Source: Octopus sinensis (Eukaryota). From it: DNA of 16,715 nt. Numbering within the stretch: the stretch's first letter is position 1; every line of letters begins with the position of its first letter. The notes under the pieces were generated by a model. The model did no database searches and was not told where the DNA came from. It worked only from the letters and a program-made list of their open reading frames with translations. The stretch covers positions 1 through 16,715 of the forward strand of contig NW_021825107.1 in assembly GCF_006345805.1 (NCBI RefSeq). The letters are read 5' to 3'. The translations under genes and the position numbers were made by a program. Shown in pieces: positions 15,990 to 16,715 of this stretch.

Positions 15990-16162
15990 TGCAGATAGTG
16001 CTTAACCCAAGATTATAGAACAGTCCAGCAGTGACCACCCTGCTATTTACTAATGAGGTTCCTTATATTTATTTATTTATTTATTTTTAAAAATAGCAAA
16101 ATGAGATTTCTGGGAATTCTTGGCTGCTTTTTGTAGCAGATTGAGTAGCCATGCAAGATCCT
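15990..16162 (-). mobile_element. Family D element, diverged copy
   Basis: TCCAGCAGTGACCACCC (16024) and TGAGATTTCTGGGAATTCTTGGCTGCTTTTTGTAGCAGATTGAGTAGCCATGCAAGA (16102) occur in the same order as in 9930-10190. Confidence 0.55.
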
Positions 16163-16494
16163 TTTTATCAGCTCAAAACTATTTTATGTTCATGTATCTG
16201 TGCCTGTGCAATCCCTAGAGTTTTCAATAACCCTTTTCTTCAACCCTAGAGCTTTAGATAGATCCCCCACTCCTCTTTTGCAAGTTTTAGTCCAAGAAAG
16301 AAGGACAGAGTCCATGACCTGTGCCCCGCTGCCCTTCTAAGAGCGTCTCAAAAAGGACAGGTGCAGGAAAAGGGTTGTAGTCACCCTGAGGCTTGAGGCT
16401 GGACCTGAATGCTTACAACACAAGTGTACTCTGTTAGAAGTACACAATAAAAAACAAAGCAACAAATATTAATTTCCTTATTATCAACGTGGTA

Positions 16495-16715
16495 GGTGAC
16501 TGGAATCCGTTGCTAGTGGAGCGCTAAGAGTACCATACGAGTGAGATCGTTGCCAGAGCAAGAAGCTGGCCTTCGTGCCGATGGCACGTTAAGACACCAT
16601 TTGAGCATGATAGTTACCATGTCGCCTTACCAGTACTTGTGGCTTGGTGGCATGTGAAATATTCAAGTGAGGTCATCGCTAGTGCTGCTGGACTGGCTCC
16701 TGTGCAGGTGGCATG
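16495..16715 (+). mobile_element. SINE family B internal units, running off the window end
   Basis: GTGCCGATGGCACGTTAAGACACCATTTGAGC unit; 16687-16715 matches the reverse complement of 15422-15450. Confidence 0.75.

Noticed and set aside
16424-16451. 7-bp hairpin GTGTACT/AGTACAC followed by AATAAA
   Set aside because: A short stem and a hexamer are common in AT-rich DNA, and there is no upstream plus-strand gene.

Overview
This is eukaryotic, repeat-dominated intronic or intergenic DNA. The SINE, MITE and Helitron families match, from my recollection and not a database search, those typical of Octopus genomes. Most of the window is transposon-derived or microsatellite. It holds about 7 copies or fragments of a tRNA-headed SINE with a central (TA)n (family A) and about 10 of a (GAT)n-tailed SINE with internal ~63-bp units (family B). 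It also holds TTAA-flanked piggyBac-like MITE pieces, a mariner-derived remnant, two non-autonomous Helitrons with diagnostic ends, a Helentron/HINE-like element, 4 copies of an unclassified ~250-bp element, and very large (TA)n, (CA)n, (GATA)n and (GGT/ACC)n arrays. Family labels A-D are my own. Nearly all ORFs in the supplied track are repeat artefacts. The only credible coding signal is a CpG-rich, His/Pro/Gly-rich exon on the minus strand (7824-7564, ATG to a CAG|GTCAGT donor) of an unidentified gene, with a weaker 54-nt exon candidate at 10610-10557. I cannot demonstrate a new biological system here. The best leads are that exon, SINE-derived fold-back dsRNA structures (one with a G-quadruplex motif in its loop), complementary triplet arrays around the candidate cassette exon, an RFX X-box in a short unique island, and several resolvable nested insertions.
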